Shown here: positions 61,991-64,000 of the stretch, piece by piece | Layout of the letters: each line of letters opens with the position of its first letter | Numbering within the stretch: the first letter of the stretch is position 1 | From: Cetorhinus maximus | Lineage: Eukaryota | Assembly: GCF_964194155.1 (NCBI RefSeq) | Contig: NC_135914.1 | Location: 1,860,001-1,924,000, forward strand | Reading direction: 5' to 3' | Length of the DNA stretch: 64,000 nucleotides | The notes under the pieces: model-generated | Told to the model about the DNA's origin: nothing | The model's database searches: none | Seen by the model: only the letters and a program-made list of their open reading frames with translations | Made by a program: the position numbers and the translations under genes

Positions 61991-64000
61991 TGTAGGATTC
62001 GGTGTTGACCTTGCAGGATTTTGAAATCAATGTGGCAAACAATTCATCAGAAAGAATTGTTTATGCAGAGCACAATTCTTTAAAGCTTCTGGTCAAATTT
62101 CGAGACAGAAGCGCAAGGCTATTCATATGGAGTATATTATAGCAACCATTAAATCTACAGACTATACACGTTGCTGGTAGGGTAAATCTGATTTCAGGTG
62201 TCTTATCAGGAGTTTGTAGTTTTAAAGGGAAAATTGGACATTTAAAACCTGGAGACTGAACTTGTAAAAATTTTGTGGATTCCAAGGATTTGTATTGATA
62301 TTCTTATGGTAATGCATGCACCTGGTAATATAATAAAGTACATAGATAAAGACAGGAGGTAGTTTAAGGTGGGTTAATCAAAATGAATCTGTCTTTTAGA
62401 ATTATGATTGTTCATGTTTCGATAAGGATGGGCGATATCATAAGATATAATAGTGTTTATAATGTCACTGGAAATTATTTCAAAATAGAGTTCATGTTGT
62501 GTATCCAAATGGCTGTGTCTTAATTGGATTAGAGCCAGCTGGTCTCGAGGCTTTGATGCATAAAAGCGAAGCAGGTTTGAAGTTTTAATTGGGTAAACAT
62601 AGGGAAGTCAGAAGGTGAAGTGGAGAGGGGGCAGTTTTCATTTTAAAATAAGCCATTCAAAAGAGTGGGTGAAATATGGCACATAGACAGATGAAGCCAA
62701 AGACTGTGTTTATTTTAAGAAAGGTTACTAATAAAATTGGTGTTTTCCAAGGGTTTTATTGTTAGAAGAGGTAAAGTTCAAAAAACCTAGTGAACAATGA
62801 GAATTTGCATTCAAATAGCAAAATATGTATAGTGGAAGAGAAGGCTATTGGTAAATCTGACAGGATACTAAGACCTAAAATTTCCATCCTGTAAGCCTCA
62901 AGGACCCAGAGCTGAAAGAAACTCCTTTTGAAATCGACTTTCCAGAGTGTGCTTTGCCAGGGGTCTGTTTAAATATTTTTGTTTACTGTTGACTTAACAG
63001 ATGTATAAGTGAGAGTCGGTATAATTATGGGATTTTTAGAAATTATTTTAGTAGCATTTTGTAGTCTTCTGTACGTGCTTACAAAGTTTTAATTAACAGA
63101 TGTTTGATTTCGTTTAACTAAAACCTTTTTAAACGTTGCAGTCATATTATAACGGAATTCAAAGTCTGCATTTCGAAACATACAAATTGCAAAAATTGGT
63201 TCTGGCAGTCGTTTCACGTTTTCCTCCGGGATTTCACCAACACTGTGTTTCTTTGCTCTGCTCGCTGCCCTCAGGTGCACACACCGAGATCAGCTTGAAT
63301 TCCTGTTTATGCTGGAATCTGCAATTAACTTTCCAAAAATATACTTTATTCATAATACATGTGAAATACATTGCATGACTCCCAGGTTGACATAAAGTGC
63401 AATGCAATTCATGTTCGTTCAATACAGTATGTGGCACTCTGAGTTATTTCAATCCCGTTACAACATGATTAGATTTACAATTCTCACTTCATATCAAACA
63501 TTCACTGGGTTGTGTTATAGAGGTCAGATTGGCAGCAGCCCAGAACAATATCAAGATATCTCTGAGATAGTTTGCCACGTATTAAACAACTGTCAGCTAT
63601 ACTTCAGCTTCCATCTTTGGAGAAAATGGCTTTTGAATTTTATTTTCGCAGATATTTTATCACTTCCCTGGTACCCACAAAATCATGTCCGCTTACAGCT
63701 CAGGTATATGAGGGCTCTCTCTAACTCACACTAACTCACATTACTAATATTGATCAACCAGGGTCTGCCTCACTTTGCCTTTCAGATTAAAGACGAAGCG
63801 GCAAATATATCAGGTCATTTCAGAATTCAGAACAAACTGTCGAAGGATGTCACAACCACATTTCACTTTATGCTGCCTCCATTACCAAAGGCAATTCACG
63901 CCCGGGGACATCATGGTGGTCGGAACGACTATGCTAATCATAATTATTTGGACACTTAGACACTCGCCCCATATTTACGGAACAAACAAAGATTAGGGGC

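Overview
Repeat-rich vertebrate genomic DNA, most likely from a cartilaginous fish (inferred from the CR1, Tx1 and SINE content), with three N gaps. The window holds a tandem cluster of germline-joined immunoglobulin-superfamily receptor genes of layout leader-V(J)-C1-TM-cytoplasmic tail with a YxxL motif. No RSS was found. There are two related subfamilies. Type A (minus strand): A1 2615-7274 and A3 44515-48738 are apparently intact (8 coding exons, 340 aa each), and A2 near 24.1-24.9 kb is a pseudogene. Type B (plus strand): B1 27324-32657 is apparently intact (6 coding exons, 303 aa, light-chain-like V-J-C1), and B2 36.3-41.6 kb is a pseudogene. Each A gene lies head-to-head, about 2 kb apart, with a B-type promoter/leader, and both chain types keep a membrane-proximal cysteine. 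This suggests co-regulated, disulfide-linked A/B heterodimeric non-rearranging antigen-receptor-like molecules evolving by birth and death. About 0.8-12.5 kb and 42.8-58.9 kb are segmental duplicates. All gene models and identity counts were made by hand from splice signals and paralog comparison, without database searches.
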